Positions 49,101 through 63,118 of a DNA stretch of 64,000 bases are shown here, one piece after another. The stretch is taken from assembly GCA_021613535.1 (NCBI GenBank), contig CP075493.1, positions 13,950,001-14,014,000 of the forward strand, read 5' to 3'. The translations under genes and the position numbers were made by a program. Each line of letters begins with the position of its first letter. Position 1 is the stretch's first letter. The notes beneath the pieces were generated by a model that saw nothing but the letters and a program-made list of their open reading frames with translations, ran no database searches and had not been told where the DNA came from. The stretch is from Adineta vaga (taxonomy: Eukaryota; Animalia; Rotifera).

Positions 49101-49505
49101 TATTCAGTCCTTGCATTGTTGATCTTTAAAGTTTAGCCCTAAAAGGACTGCACTGATAAGCTTTCCAAATGACTATCAAATCCAGTAACCAAAATTCAAG
49201 CTAGAAGTCATCTGACATTATCTGTAGTGATAGACTGATTAAATAAAATGCACAGGAATTTTCTCGAAACAATGTCAAATTAGAAAAAACCAATCATTAT
49301 GAGTAATCCGTCAAAATAGACATGGAATTCCTAAATAAATATTATTAAGACGTTTATTTTCAAGATATTGAATCATTTGCTTTATATTACACCAACACGA
49401 GACATTTATTGTATAGTCGTGTGCTGTATACGAATGAAAAATAGATGGTCTGTCAAATATATTGGGATATATTATAAGAAAAAGAATTCAATGTACTTTA
49501 GTTTG

Positions 49506-50575
49506 TTATTTTGATTGTGATTGAATTGGAAATATTTGATTATGAACCACTTGTTGCTGTTTTCGGCATTGTTTACGATGTAAATGACATAATACATAGA
49601 AAAATTGTCGTCGAAATCGTTCAGAAACACATATATAAATATAAAATGAGATCTACAAAAAAAACATAACAAATCTTATCAAAATCGATTATTTTAATTC
49701 CGCATACTTACTGAAAAATATGTGTAGAAAAGAATTGTTGTTACTATGTAAGCAAATTGCATTCTTTGTAACACAGTTGTATTTGTTGCACTATTATTCA
49801 GTGTAGTTGACACTGCAGTCAATGTGATGAATGGTACATTAGTGACGACATTGATTAGGACTTGTGTGAAAACCATTGTTGTCAATTGTTTATCTGTTTC
49901 ACGACGAACAAGCGGTATTGTTCGATAAGCTATTTGTTGAATATTTTGATAAGCTAAGATTCCAAAGAAAACGGTTAGAGTAACAGGTAAATAACCCGTA
50001 ATACATAAAGCAACAAAATAATATCTATAATTAGCGATGTAATGCTTAGTAACAATACAAGCTGCTTTGCCTGTCACAGATGATATAACATAATCTGTTG
50101 AGAAAATATATAAAATCATATGTAGACTCCAAATAATTGTGAAAAATATCATTAAATAATGAGCTATTCTAATATGACTCCATTGTTGCCAACGTCGATG
50201 AGTTGAAGTAGCGAAATATTGATCAATCATGGCTAAACATAGACATGTATATGACATAATAGAACAAAAGACAAAAATTGTTTGTCGAAGTTTACAGAAT
50301 GTCATTGACATCGTACTCCAATCAACGGCAAAACCAGTTATCATTATACGAGAAATAAGACCGAAGAATAATTGACCGATATTAACAAACGACATCGTTG
50401 TTAAATAGAATGCACATGAACTTTGTCGAAATGTTCGGAGACTACAAAATACAATGATATTCAATGTTTGACCGATAACACCTATGATAAAAGTTGTAAT
50501 GTCTCCATAAATCGCTATTTGCTGGCCGAGATATATTAATGACATAGCAATCGACGACACTAAGTTTTGATTCAA
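49506..50575 (-). CDS. Orphan 7TM rhodopsin-like receptor (at least 2 exons)
   Basis: LRTFRQSSCAFYL, AMIDQY. Intron at about 49709-49654 joins to ISFYIYICVSERFRRQF..QSK*. Confidence 0.85.
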
Positions 50576-51263
50576 TATTGAAATATATTAAAGACAACTA
50601 CGTCAGAAATTTTGATAATCAGGAAATTGTAATGGTCTACTTCTATATATATATATATATATATATTCAAGAACACTTGACCTCATATCTACATCAACTG
50701 TCTTTATCACATTAAGATTTTGTATTTTCTCAAAGTTTCTGCTTATGTCAGGATTAATTACATCTATTTCGCACTTTTTTTTGCAAAAGTAGGTAATTAT
50801 GCATTTAATTATTTTTAATTCAAAGAAAAAACAATAAACTTTGCACGAATTTGTAGGATAATAAATTAAATTCATCTTCTGATTCGAATATTTTATTAAA
50901 CAATATTTATCAAAAGTCTTTTTACGTTCTTCTAACAACGTTTGTATTGAGAACAAGTCATTTTTCTACTACATAGAAGATCAAGTGTGATTATCTTTGT
51001 ATGCAGTTATCTCCCTCAGGATACGCACATCTTCACTCTTCGATATGCGCATCTCTCGCTGGAGTTGCAACAGATGATATTATATCAAGAAATCTCTAGG
51101 TAAATACGCGAGAAACAGATAAAGAAAAAGGTGACAGATGGAATAACATATATTTCTAATGAATTAAGTTAAAGAAAATCACGAAAAAGTCACAAAAAAC
51201 CATAGATAAGAAAGTTAATTATTGATCTTCGTAGAATATCGAGAAAGAAATGGAAAACTTTCT

Positions 51264-52616
51264 TCAACTGCGAGTAAATGGATGATGCATTACTTCGTGA
51301 ATATCGGCTCTTTGACGTGGATCAAATACCATAGTACGATGAAGCATATTAAGTAAATCACGGTCTGGATAAGGTCGTACTCCACGTGGTGGTCTTGGGC
51401 CTAAATCATAATTGGGATGTTCACCATAAACCATATAATAAAGTATAGCACCCATTGACCAGATATCTGCTTTTGGATTATAAAAACGTCGAGCACCACC
51501 AATATCTTGCATTACTTCCGGAGCACTTTTTTAACAAAAAAAAAGAAACATAATAGTTGTTCATTGATTATTTGAGACTTACCTATAACCATAAGTACCT
51601 AACTGAGCATCACTATTAAACAAAAGAAAATAATCGAGTAACTTTTATAAGACAAAAACAAGTTCATTTCTTACTGTAATGCATCCTCCTTTTTTGCTAT
51701 ACCTAAATCACCGATTTTAAGTGTTGCTCCAAAGAGAATTAAATTGTCTGGTTTTAAATCCATATGAACAATTCGATTTTTCTGAAGTGTACTAATAATA
51801 CTAACTATTTGATGCCAAAATTCTTTAATCATTTCTTCATCAATTGAAGGACCACCTGTTTGAGTCATTTCTCGTAATCGTGCAACTAATTTTGTTAAAT
51901 TTTCATTGCCTAACTCCATGACGATATAAGCTAGGAGAAACAATAATAATATTTATTTTAAAATATGAATTATCATTATACCGTTTCCAGCTCGAGGATC
52001 AAAACCAAAATCATGAATGATGACAACATGATTTGATTCTTTTCGTAATCGATTTAATTGTTCAACTTCATTTAAAAATGATTTAACAAGGCCTTCCATT
52101 TGTGGCCGTGGTATATTATTTAATACCATCACTTTAACAGCGACGGCCGTTCCATTAGGTGCTTTTGCTTGATATACAGCGCCTGTTCATGAGATTAGAA
52201 AGAAATACCACATAATCTGTTTATTATAATCATCAAGTGAATATTTACCGAAACCACCTTTGCCTAATTGTTTTTCGAAAAAATAGGGTCGACCATTAAC
52301 AGCAATCTGTCTGCCAGTGAAATTATCCCTAACAGCGGGGGGAGGACGACGCCGACGAAAACCATCAGAATAATTTCCTGAATAATTTCTAGGATGACCT
52401 GTAGCATGACCTCCAGGACGAGTTCCAGAATAACGTCTAGAATGCCTTCTAGGATAACCTATAGCATAACCTCCGTGATGAGTTCCAGAATAACCTCTAG
52501 GATAACCGTCGGGATAAGTTCCAGAATAGTCAACAGGCAAACCTATTTGATTCGAATAGATATCTTTTATTCCATTTTTGAATGTTATGTTAATACAAAC
52601 TTGAGCTTCCTCCCAT
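51264..52616 (-). CDS. Ser/Thr protein kinase with G/Y/R-rich N-terminal repeats, multi-exon
   Basis: LGKGGFG, VAVK, HMDLKPDN, DLG, APE and DIWSMG in spliced exons. First exon ATG 52616 gives MGGSSS. Confidence 0.9.
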
Positions 52617-53894
52617 ATTTTTTGTAGAATAAATCTAGATGCGTTTAGTCAATGAAACGAATAAGAACTGGAAACAAAATGTGTTTATATAGGTAAATAT
52701 ACGTATAGATATACGTATACCACAGGAGAAAAAGAAGAAAAAAACGAATAAATAGCGGAAGTAGGTATTTTGAAGGTAGATGTAGGGATACCCAACGTGA
52801 TATAACCTGAGGGAAGAAAACCTACACGTTGATGATTTTTGTTGTAAATACGCGATGAAGCTAGATACGAATTAAAGTAGATGCGTCAAAAAAAAGGGAA
52901 AAAAGTGTGAAGAAGCGTTCCATATGAATTAATTTCACACATATATTTAACTTACAGGTAGAAGAAAAACAAGTTTTTTTTCGTTGTAATTAGTCAAGGT
53001 TAGTTTTATTCAAACGTAAAATTTTCTCTTGTAGTATCTTCTATGGGGTATTAATTAAAAGCCTTGGGGAACGTCATTTGTGTGTTGCTTTTTTACAATA
53101 ATGATTATGATTTGAGTGATGAATAAAAAATGATGTAAATAATCAGTATATTACTTGTAAGAAAGAGAACAAATTATTGAAAAACACGCATTTTGTCTAA
53201 AAACAAAATAAATGAACAGATCTACAGACAGAATTTCTTGTAAAGAAAATCATTGAATATCTCAACGAAGATAAAATTAAAAATCTATTGCTTTTAAGTG
53301 AATGTCATAGAGAAGGATCGGTTGACGATGAATTTAACGAAAAATAAAAGCATCATGGACTCTTCGTTTATTTACTGATGATTGGTTTGATACATTAAAC
53401 ATTTAAACAATTCGTTGCAGTAAGAAATAAATGATATATTTTCCTTCATTATATATTGTTGATATTCTTATTTACTTTGAACATTATCTATTCAGCTCGT
53501 ATTGGTACGATATATTATGTCAAATTCCATTTTGATGATATACACAATGTAATCATAACTTACTTACACGCTCAAGATGTTCGAAAAATATGAATAATAT
53601 ACATATATTCTCTGTTTTGTCATAAAACAGGATGTATAGGTGAAAATCATGTTTTCAATACGCACATTCATTTTCACCTAAACATCAAACAGAGGAATAA
53701 CAAAAATACCTTGAAAACAATATGACGTCACTCAAGGACATGGGGAAGTAGCATCCAATGATGGTAGAACAAAATTTGAAGCCGAAAACGTTGTATATAC
53801 TATATTATGTATTCATATTTTGTCTTTCCTTGTTTTCCACATAATGAATATCCTCCGAAACGTTCATTTCTTTTCATTATAATTTCTACTTTCT

Positions 53895-55195
53895 TTAATT
53901 TAGAATCAACATTGTATCTTTATTCCAATACATCGGACAATGGTGAGAAAAAAAGTTATTACGGATACATGGTTGATAGAAAGTAATGAAACAACGACTC
54001 ACACCCATCTTCTGTATGCTATTTAATGAAGAAATATCTGCGTCATAAATTGGTATGACTTCGTCACAAACAGTTACTCGTTTTATACCAGAGATTAAAG
54101 ACCGTAGTATCATTGATATACCATACAAGTATGTTTATTTTGAACTTGATTTACATCTATTGTCTTATAAATAAACATAATAAACTATTGATTCAGGATA
54201 TGTTCGTTATTACGATATTTAACAATTGTTACATTTAAAATAATCAAAGGAGTCTGATTTGGTAAAAGACGAATAAATTTACATAAGTGTTCAGGTGAGA
54301 TGCTACAATTAACAACCAAATGTGTTATTTTCATATCAGAGAAAATTGAATTGATACGCTTTTCACATAATGATAAAGGATTTTGATGAAGATGGTAATT
54401 ATTACTAACATAATTCAGAGTGAGTTGAATATTTTGAATGATAGAATCTTGCTGAGATAAGTCATATTGTTGTTTTTTAAGAAAAAGTAAAAGATAGATT
54501 TTATTTATATGAGAAACTTCATTTCTAATTATCCTAAAGGACTGATTGACAAAACTACTAATAAATCATCAATTGTTTCATATAGACGAATATTGATTTT
54601 AATTTTTGTCATACATTGTCGTTGAATCCCAAATGGTGAAGAAAATCGATTGATTAATTTATGATATGCATCTGTTGGAGATTCGTTAATAGTACCAATG
54701 CATTCTTTATATTCACAATCAAATACGCGTAAATTAGACATAGAATTAGTTATTAATCTTTCCCATCGATCAGCATCTATATAATCTAAAGTACAAATTG
54801 ACATTAAACGTAATACTTGAAGTTGAGAACCTTTTTCCATTATAAATTGATAAAAAATATCAAATTCCATGAAATTTATAGTTGTAGAAAAGTGCGTTAG
54901 ATGAATGGTGTGGCATTCCTGTAATAATATAAATCTGACTGTATCTTTTGTACAATGGCGTTGAATGATATTCCAATCGCTTAAGTTGCGGCATCCACGA
55001 TATTAGCGCATTAATATAAGATTGACTCGAAGATATAGTTAGTACTAAATGTTCGATTGAACTAGTTGATCTATAAAATGAATCATCTGGATTATAACCA
55101 CGAATTTCAAGTGAAATAATTCGATCATTATTTGGATAAAGAATTTGATACAGATAAGAGCTGAGAAAGAGATTTGATCGTACATAAAATCTCAC
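53895..55195 (-). pseudogene. Relic of rotifer-type F-box/LRR-like protein
   Basis: YIDADRWERLITNSMSNLRVF..FSSPF motif characteristic of that family; multiple frameshifts. Confidence 0.55.
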
Positions 55196-55375
55196 TTTAA
55201 GTATAAGTTTTGGACCATGAAAAAGATTCTGAAAGCGAATATTTAATTTTGAAAATATATTTTTCTATGAAATATTAGAGAGAGAAAAAACAATTTATTG
55301 AAAGTTATTTCATTATAGAGTCATGAATTGAGTAATCATATACTTTCAAGAAAAAAAACCGAAAGAATGTTTTTA

Positions 55376-56275
55376 CTAGTTTGGAATAAATGCTAAGGAA
55401 TCTAAACTTTCTTCTGTTAATTTGTTTGCTATGACTGTTCTATTATTATTTAAATCAAATGTCACTATTTTCTGTGTTTCTGTGTTGAGAATAATCATTG
55501 CAAAATAAAATCCTTCATAACAACTTCCAGTCGAAGGTGGATAACCATTGAAATCTTCAGATAAAATGTTCATTACGCCATTATACGGATTCAAGCGTAC
55601 AAGACGACAAGCATGTTTAGTTCTATATTGTTGCATACCATAGAAAGCAACCGTTTTTATCATCATAACATAAATAAGATGGTAAATCTGAAGTTGTAAT
55701 TTTACTAATTATTTTTCGTTTCATTAAACCAATACCAACAAGAATACTGCCGTTAACAGACACCACTATCACAATGTATTACTATCGACTTTACTTATAT
55801 TTACCCATCGTTGAGCGATACAAGTCTTCGGATCTATTCGAACAATACTAATAGGATTTTCTTCTGCATCTACCATTTACAGTGAATATGAATTTCCTGT
55901 ACTACTATCAATTCGTAAACCAAATAGTTCAACAAAATTTTGTGTAATAATTGATCGATTATTTTTTGTGCCATTGAATGGATTCATCGAAATCAATGAT
56001 AAAGATGATTCTCCTTCTAGTGATACTTTACTACCAAAATTATAGAGAATTTTATTTACAAAATCGTATGTAACATCGTAAGGTTTGTAATTATCCAAAA
56101 GAGTAAATAATGTGAATCGTCCAGTTAATGGATCAGTCTTATATACTTTGTTGGAAGTCGATTTAAGATCATATGTTGTTCCTAATAAATAACCGTTTGG
56201 TATCGTTTCTATTCCATTAATTATATTTAAAATGATATGTAATAAAATTAATAAAAATCAAAATGAATTATTCAT
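55376..56275 (-). pseudogene. Disrupted secreted beta-rich (propeller-like) protein
   Basis: ATG 56275 with a stop at codon 6 inside the signal peptide, a further stop at 55877 and frameshifts; repeated 'DP.TG/NP.NG' blade-like motifs. Confidence 0.5.
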
Positions 56276-57059
56276 TTGTCTAAATCCTAACATAAAAACA
56301 TAACTACTTATATTAATTAACAGAACTATAGATACTGATTTCTAGGAAATCAGTCTATTTTTTATTCAATCCAAGTACTATCATTACTTTCTCGAATGTT
56401 GCATGCAATCAGATGTACATTGAATTCAAAATGAGTTCTATGATGAATTTGTAAGAGAAAAAATGGCGTTTTTGTTTCATGTGTAGAGATAAGAACAATT
56501 TGCATTCAAAGTAAACTTGATATAGTTGAGAAAAAAGCTTAAAGAGAAAAATGAATCCGTTTTGTGCTTATACTAACTGATAACACTAAAATGAGTTATT
56601 TATTACTCATCATTTTTGAAAAAAACTTCACTATTATATTAGTACATTCTCATTCATCTTCGAACTATGTATATAGAATCAACTTGATAGGCGAGTTACA
56701 GTTCATTTTTTTGTTTCTGAAAAAGTTAACAAAGTAAAAACGAATTTTGCTTTGTTCAATGATGAACGAAAAAAGGAACAGTTGTGAATTCTAGATTTTA
56801 GTTCGTTTATCCTTGACAATTTCATGTTGACTTCCTTTCAAATATTTGAACCATGTATTTTCTTTCAATATACGAAGGTCAGACTATATTACTATTGATA
56901 TCAATGCCATATGTCCTTGTATAATTTCCCTAAGATATGCTTCGCTTCGCCATAGTTCACGAGTTCATAGACGTCTATTATCAACAAAACATGACAAAAA
57001 TCAAGGAATTAAAGTGTATGTAATATTTATTTTTTCTCGATTATTTATTATATAGTTAT

Positions 57060-57518
57060 TCAAAGAGTTAGAATTTCCCATACACTACGAAATAATTCAT
57101 GAATATCTTGTGCAAAACTAACAACTCTCTCTACTTGATTTTGTATCCATTCGATGATTTGTTCTGTTATTTCCTTAACTCGATTAATAATACGTTCGAA
57201 CCATTCATTGATATGTGTCATACCAGTTGCCGATATGCCGAGAAAGTGTCGGTATGCATTCATTGCTTCGGTGTCATTGGCATCCGTTGGACGACGAGCT
57301 TTGATCTCATCACGAATATGATGAAGTCGATTGGTAACATTTTTAATGAATAGGTTTGATTCAAGTTCAACGCGTTGCTCAAGTTCTTCTGTGTTGATAG
57401 TATCATTTTGTGTGGTAACGTCAGTTAAGGTTTTTTCTAGTTCATCCGTTTGTGTTTGTAAATAGGTACATAATGGTGTTTGATATGTATCAATGAAATC
57501 CGTTGCTGTGTCACTCAT
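57060..57518 (-). CDS. Small amphipathic helical protein, cluster subfamily A (152 aa)
   Basis: Shared motif IKARRP..D..AMNAYRHFL; protein identical to 60042-60500. Confidence 0.85.
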   Translation of the reverse strand: MSDTATDFIDTYQTPLCTYLQTQTDELEKTLTDVTTQNDTINTEELEQRVELESNLFIKNVTNRLHHIRDEIKARRPTDANDTEAMNAYRHFLGISATGMTHINEWFERIINRVKEITEQIIEWIQNQVERVVSFAQDIHELFRSVWEILTL

Positions 57519-58038
57519 GATCTCTGGTGGGTGGTTTGAATCGAAGAAGAGAAATGAATGTAATTTGAAAGAAGAGGAGAAGTTCTATTTTAAGAAGTGG
57601 AAGAAAGTTGGACATTTTCGTTTTCTTGTGATGATAAAAAACCCATATACTAGCTGGAAGGTAAGATAACAAGGTAAAAGGAGAAGAAGATATTAATTTC
57701 ATAATGTTGGAAACTTCTCATGATATAAAAATTATGTGTATCTCGTCTCTTAAACTCCACTAGTTCTCATACAGTCATCAAAAAGCCATTTTGCTCATGT
57801 TTTATAGTTTCTTTTCCAAAAACAAGATCTTGGAATATTCTCACTTTATTGATAATACTACGCAATGTTATTTTTCTAACGTAGGTCCTAAAAATACGTT
57901 AATTATTTGAATCCGTTAACTATTGTAGCGCATGTAATTATTGAAAATCATCTAGCGTCTTTAAAATGAATAAATAGAAAAATATTGCTCATCATTTTTA
58001 TAGCGTAGAACTTTTTAGATTGATTCTTTCATAATCAC

Positions 58039-59126
58039 ATGTCTTCACCTGTGAAAAAAATTGATGAGAAATCATCATTTCAGGTTAGTATAATTGATGC
58101 GTCAAGATTTTATTGTAAGCAGAATTATTTTAGACGAAAAACGATGAACAAAGCGCAACAAATTCCGAATCATATCGTACACTCACCGCTGTCAATAAAA
58201 ACAAACGAAAACGAAATGATAGCGTCGACGCTTCTTCAAACAAAACTCGAGTAAGAATCGATAGACTCAGAGTGTAATTGTAATGTTCATTGAATCACAA
58301 AGACTCTTGACATCTTTGTAATCGTAATCAGAAATATATATATATATATATGCTTTATAAAAATAGGCTAGCAATCGTACAGCAAACTCAAACCGCACTA
58401 TAAACGACATTGTTCAGGTAACTTGATAAATTTGAATATAAAAACATCTTATTATTCTTTTATTTTTACCAGATTCATAATATTAAGCAACAAGAAGCAG
58501 CATCATTATCTTTTCACGAAACTTTTCAAGCTAATGTAAAGATTTCTTTCTTTCAATATTTATTTTCTCATATCTATTGTTTGTAATAGGATCTCGTTAC
58601 ACTTGTAAGAACTGATCTGGAACAAAGATCACCAACATTAGTTCTTAAATTAAAACCAACCGATCTGAAATGGTTTCAACCGCGTCGTTGGTTTTCATTT
58701 TGTAAACTATCTTCACAAGAAATTGATGAATATATTGGTGAACAATTTGATGAATATATCAAAGTCAATCGAGAAAGCTTGAATAATATTAGACAACGAA
58801 TTAAACAGTCTCGACCACAGGAAGGTACTAATGATTATGAGAATAAATTGAAACAATACTTGAAACTTGTTCATTGGTCAACAAAATTAATAGAATCATT
58901 AACGAAAATGTTTGAACAAATGCTTACTTTTTACCGTCAACGGGTCGAAAAACTGTGGGATGAAATAAATCAATTTCGTCTTTTTAGTTCAAGTAATATG
59001 AATGTTTTAGAGGAAAATTTTCTTAAAGGTATTGACGAATACTTTCAACAAGCCATGACGGAACATGTTGAACCAATCTTGAGTGAAATGGAAAATGAAA
59101 TCAAGATTGAAAAACGAAATGAATAA
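58039..59126 (+). CDS. Cluster subfamily B helical protein with N-terminal extension (5 exons)
   Basis: Four phase-0 GT-AG introns join MSSPVKK..FQ / TKNDE..KNKRKR..KTR / ASNR..VQ / IHNIK..AN / DLVTLV..TLVLKLK..RIKQSRP..KLKQYLKL. Confidence 0.75.
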
Positions 59127-59236
59127 TAAACTTTTATTTTTTTATCATTAAATTTTTGAAATTCAAGACAATCACAACAAATTACTCATATGATCTATTG
59201 CTATTGAGCATATGAAAAAAAATAAAATAATGAAGT

Positions 59237-59719
59237 TTAAATGGCCGAAATTTCAATTAATCTTTGTTCTACAGCCTCAAAATATTTAACCCATGTGTTG
59301 TTCATAATTGTATTAAGATAGAATGAATAGTTATTGACCAAATTATCAACATTCATGCCTTCATTTGTGACAATATCATTCCAGATTCTGTCAATAAATT
59401 GACGATAATGATCGAGTGTTTCTTCGAATGATTGTTGCATGCCAATTAGTAAAGATTCAGCAATTTCAAGTAAATTTCGATAAGCTCTTATCTTTGTTTC
59501 ATAGTGAAAATCATCCTCAAATGGACGAGCATTTTTAATGCGTTCTTGTAATTCTAATGTTTTGTTGACAAGCATTAATCTAATATCGTTTATTGTTTGA
59601 TCTATGTAGTCTCTATTGACACGATCGTCTGATTCAATCGAACTATCGCATGGTTTAGTAATTTGAGATCGTAATGTGCCTACCAATGTTCTTAATTCAT
59701 CTCGCATATTTTCTTCCAT
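59237..59719 (-). CDS. Cluster subfamily B helical protein (160 aa)
   Basis: RIKNARPFEDDFHYETKIRAYRNLL..; colinear with 62044-62625. Confidence 0.85.
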   Translation of the reverse strand: MEENMRDELRTLVGTLRSQITKPCDSSIESDDRVNRDYIDQTINDIRLMLVNKTLELQERIKNARPFEDDFHYETKIRAYRNLLEIAESLLIGMQQSFEETLDHYRQFIDRIWNDIVTNEGMNVDNLVNNYSFYLNTIMNNTWVKYFEAVEQRLIEISAI

Positions 59720-60041
59720 TAGTACAACAGCGCTCTAGAAAATATATTTATTAATTGATAATTCGTTTTTCTCCAGAAATCAACATTCGCTACCCGTATT
59801 ATATCCTCATCAGTAAATATTCATTCTACTAATTGAAGAACTCGAAAGAAAGAGATTTCGACGACGTTTAAGTCTGATCAGTCAATCATAGTTTGTAAAT
59901 ATTCTTACCGAAGATACCTTGCGATGATTCATTCGAAGGAATATGAAATTTTATGTTTTGTATCTAAAATACAAGGCAAAAATCAAGGAATTAAAGTGTA
60001 TGTAATATTTATTTTTTCTCGATTATTTATTATATAGTTAT

Positions 60042-60500
60042 TCAAAGAGTTAGAATTTCCCACACACTACGAAATAATTCATGAATATCTTGTGCAAAAC
60101 TAACAACTCTCTCTACTTGATTTTGTATCCATTCGATGATTTGTTCTGTTATTTCCTTAACTCGATTAATAATACGTTCGAACCATTCATTGATATGTGT
60201 CATACCAGTTGCCGATATGCCGAGAAAGTGTCGGTATGCATTCATTGCTTCGGTGTCATTGGCATCCGTTGGACGACGAGCTTTGATCTCATCACGAATA
60301 TGATGAAGTCGATTGGTAACATTTTTAATGAATAGGTTTGATTCAAGTTCAACGCGTTGCTCAAGTTCTTCCGTGTTGATAGTATCATTTTGTGTGGTAA
60401 CGTCAGTTAAGGTTTTTTCTAGTTCATCCGTTTGTGTTTGTAAATAAGTACATAATGGTGTTTGATATGTATCAATGAAATCCGTTGCTGTGTCACTCAT
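60042..60500 (-). CDS. Small amphipathic helical protein, cluster subfamily A (duplicate of 57060-57518)
   Basis: Identical translation in the ORF track. Confidence 0.85.
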   Translation of the reverse strand: MSDTATDFIDTYQTPLCTYLQTQTDELEKTLTDVTTQNDTINTEELEQRVELESNLFIKNVTNRLHHIRDEIKARRPTDANDTEAMNAYRHFLGISATGMTHINEWFERIINRVKEITEQIIEWIQNQVERVVSFAQDIHELFRSVWEILTL

Positions 60501-61129
60501 GATCTGTGGTGGGTGGTTTGAATTGAAGAAGAGAAATGAATGTAATTTGAAAGAAGAGGAAAGATATATATCTTAGTTAAGTCGGAAAGATTGAAGTGCT
60601 TATGGTGAGAAAAAACCATGATAAATAATAAGACGGAAAGAAGAAGAGTAAATATTAGAAGAAGATAAAGAGATGTTGAAGAAGATTTTGATTTTAAAAT
60701 GTTGGAAATTTCTTGTTACTCTAGAGCTTGTTGATTAATAGACATTCGACTTACCAAAGATAAGACTCCTCGCCATTGTTTTTTGCGTCGGTATTTAAAA
60801 GCCAGAAGTTGGTGTTCAAATAGTTCGGTATTTTTCATATATTTCAATTGTATTCAGTATAATTTCGCTATCCTATAATTCTTTGACCTTTTGAATTCTA
60901 TCTAACATAGTATACAGTGTTTAGCTATAGGTTTTGATAGTTTATTGCATGACAAAGTATTTCATTGTACTATATCATTAGTCCATTTTTTATATACAGT
61001 TAAGCTTTCTCATATAGTACTATCTTACTGTAATTTGTTTTTCAAAATCTGAAACTTAAAAAATGATAATAAATTGTTATTGTTTTAGATATTTGTATTT
61101 ATACAGAAGTTCGATACTATCAAGCAGCA

Positions 61130-61567
61130 ATGGACAATTGGAATGCTAATCATTTCGAAAGCGAAATTAATCAAACAATGAAAGATGGTGTTGATTATAT
61201 GGAAGCGGAAGTTGCAAGAATTCGAGCAACCGATGCAGCTGACGAAGCAGAAAAAAGACTGGATAGTGTAATCAACGATTGTATCCATATGTACTCGACC
61301 AAAATGGGCGATGTTCGAGAGTCGATTAGAAGAAGAAGACCAATAAATCCACAAAGTCCTACATACAATCAAGATTTAGAACATTGGAAACAATTTTCGG
61401 ATGTCGCTGTTACTGGTATTAGCAGAACACAGACTGTGTTTGAACAAGTATTATCAAGAGTTCGCGAAATTGTCTCTAATATCCTCCAATGGATTGCAAA
61501 TGGTATGACCTGGGGTTTAGAATTACTCCGAGATGCTTTTGACTCTATTAGACGTGTAATTTCATAA
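61130..61567 (+). CDS. Cluster subfamily A helical protein (145 aa)
   Basis: SIRRRRPINPQSPTYNQDLEHWKQF..TGISRTQTVFEQVLSRVREIVSNILQWI aligns with the 57060 protein. Confidence 0.85.
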   Translation: MDNWNANHFESEINQTMKDGVDYMEAEVARIRATDAADEAEKRLDSVINDCIHMYSTKMGDVRESIRRRRPINPQSPTYNQDLEHWKQFSDVAVTGISRTQTVFEQVLSRVREIVSNILQWIANGMTWGLELLRDAFDSIRRVIS

Positions 61568-62043
61568 ATAAGAATTTATTTTCAATTTTTCATTTTAATC
61601 TCGAAACTATATACGTATATATATATATATATATTTAATCTTTTGTGGTTTTTTACGTGAGTAAATTCAATAATATATCAATTTAATTGGCTTGTAAACA
61701 TGGTTATAATTCTAGCAGAAAAAAATAAATATAATACATTATTCGTAGTCATTTTTGTTCGCGAAGTAAAAGAAGAAAAAAGTTCACCAATTGAATGAGG
61801 GTATTTTTAACAAACCATTATTCATTCGAGAGGTGTTGAGAATATTCAAAATATGTTGTAAAGATTATTTCGAAAGTATACTTATGGTTATGAAAGGTAG
61901 TGAGACTAGCTTTGTCAAAATCGCTCCGATAGTGAGTATATTTAACTAGATGAAAGAAGTATTGTTAAAGAAAATGACTGTTTTGGTAATTTTATTATTT
62001 ATTAGACAAATTAATAATATAAGTATTTGAATATTTCAAAAAA

Positions 62044-62625
62044 TTAAGCATGAATACGTTTAATCTCAGCTATTCTCCCTTCAATTTCTTTGAAATATTG
62101 ACCCCATTTGTTATTCATACACTTATTAATTTGTTGAGTATATCGATCGAGAATAGCATCAGTATTTTTGCCTTTATTCTTCGTAACGTCTTTCCAAACA
62201 TCGTTGATGAATTGATGAAAATGATCAAGTACTTCACCAAATGAGTTTTGCATTTCCTTGAACAATGGTTCAACAATCTTAAGTAAATTCAAGTAAGCTT
62301 GCATTTTAGCATTATACTGAGGATCATCGGGCGATGGACGAGCTTGTTTGATCCGCGTCCGTAAATCTACTGTTTTATCGACTAACATTACATGAATATC
62401 ATGAAGCATTTGATCAATATAAGCATCAAGTTCATCGTTCGACATCGCTGCAGTATCACGTGCCGGGCTAGCACCTTGTTTAAGCTTAAGTACAAGAGTC
62501 TTGAACTTTTGTCTCATATTATCTTCTGTGATTGTACGAGTTCCCTAAAATAAAAATTATTAATCTATATTTTTTATGAAATCCAGTTCCAATTAATTTA
62601 CTCCAGATGTATTTCGCTGCGCCAT
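62044..62625 (-). CDS. Cluster subfamily B helical protein (2 coding exons)
   Basis: MAQRNTSG / intron 62601-62545 / GTRTITEDNMRQKFKTLVLKLK..RIKQARPSPDDPQYNAKMQAYLNLL. Confidence 0.85.
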
Positions 62626-63118
62626 AATTGTAGAACGAATTTTGTTACTCTATCTAGAAGAATTCAAATACTTACGTAACACGATTACTTATGCATCTTT
62701 GACGCTCATTTTTATACGGAGATGATATCTGTTTCTTCAAGAAGGAACGAATGCGTCATATAGATAACGAAGTGTCTATGTCGGAAAAAAAATACCAACT
62801 TGCTCTATCTTTCTTTTAGAGATACGAAAGATTAGAGTATTTTAAAGGAAAAATCAGTATGGAAGACAGATAAAGCCAAGAATAAATAAAACAATCTTGT
62901 TACACAAAGAGAACGTTCGTCGACACCTTCTTCTATCTCTCTGCATGCAATGCATATAATATGCTACATTTTTATCGAATATACACAAAGTTGTTGCATT
63001 AAATCTTATCCGTTCATACCAACACTAAATTACACTTATTCTTTCATGATATAAAAATTCGTTATTTTTTTATTCTATTATTCTTTACCATTTTAGATTC
63101 GATTGAAATCATACAATT

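Larger units (their letters stand above)
56995..60560. repeat. Direct duplication of about 584 bp (56995-57578 vs 59977-60560)
   Basis: Near-identical sequence at offset 2982 covering the CDS and short flanks. Confidence 0.95.
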
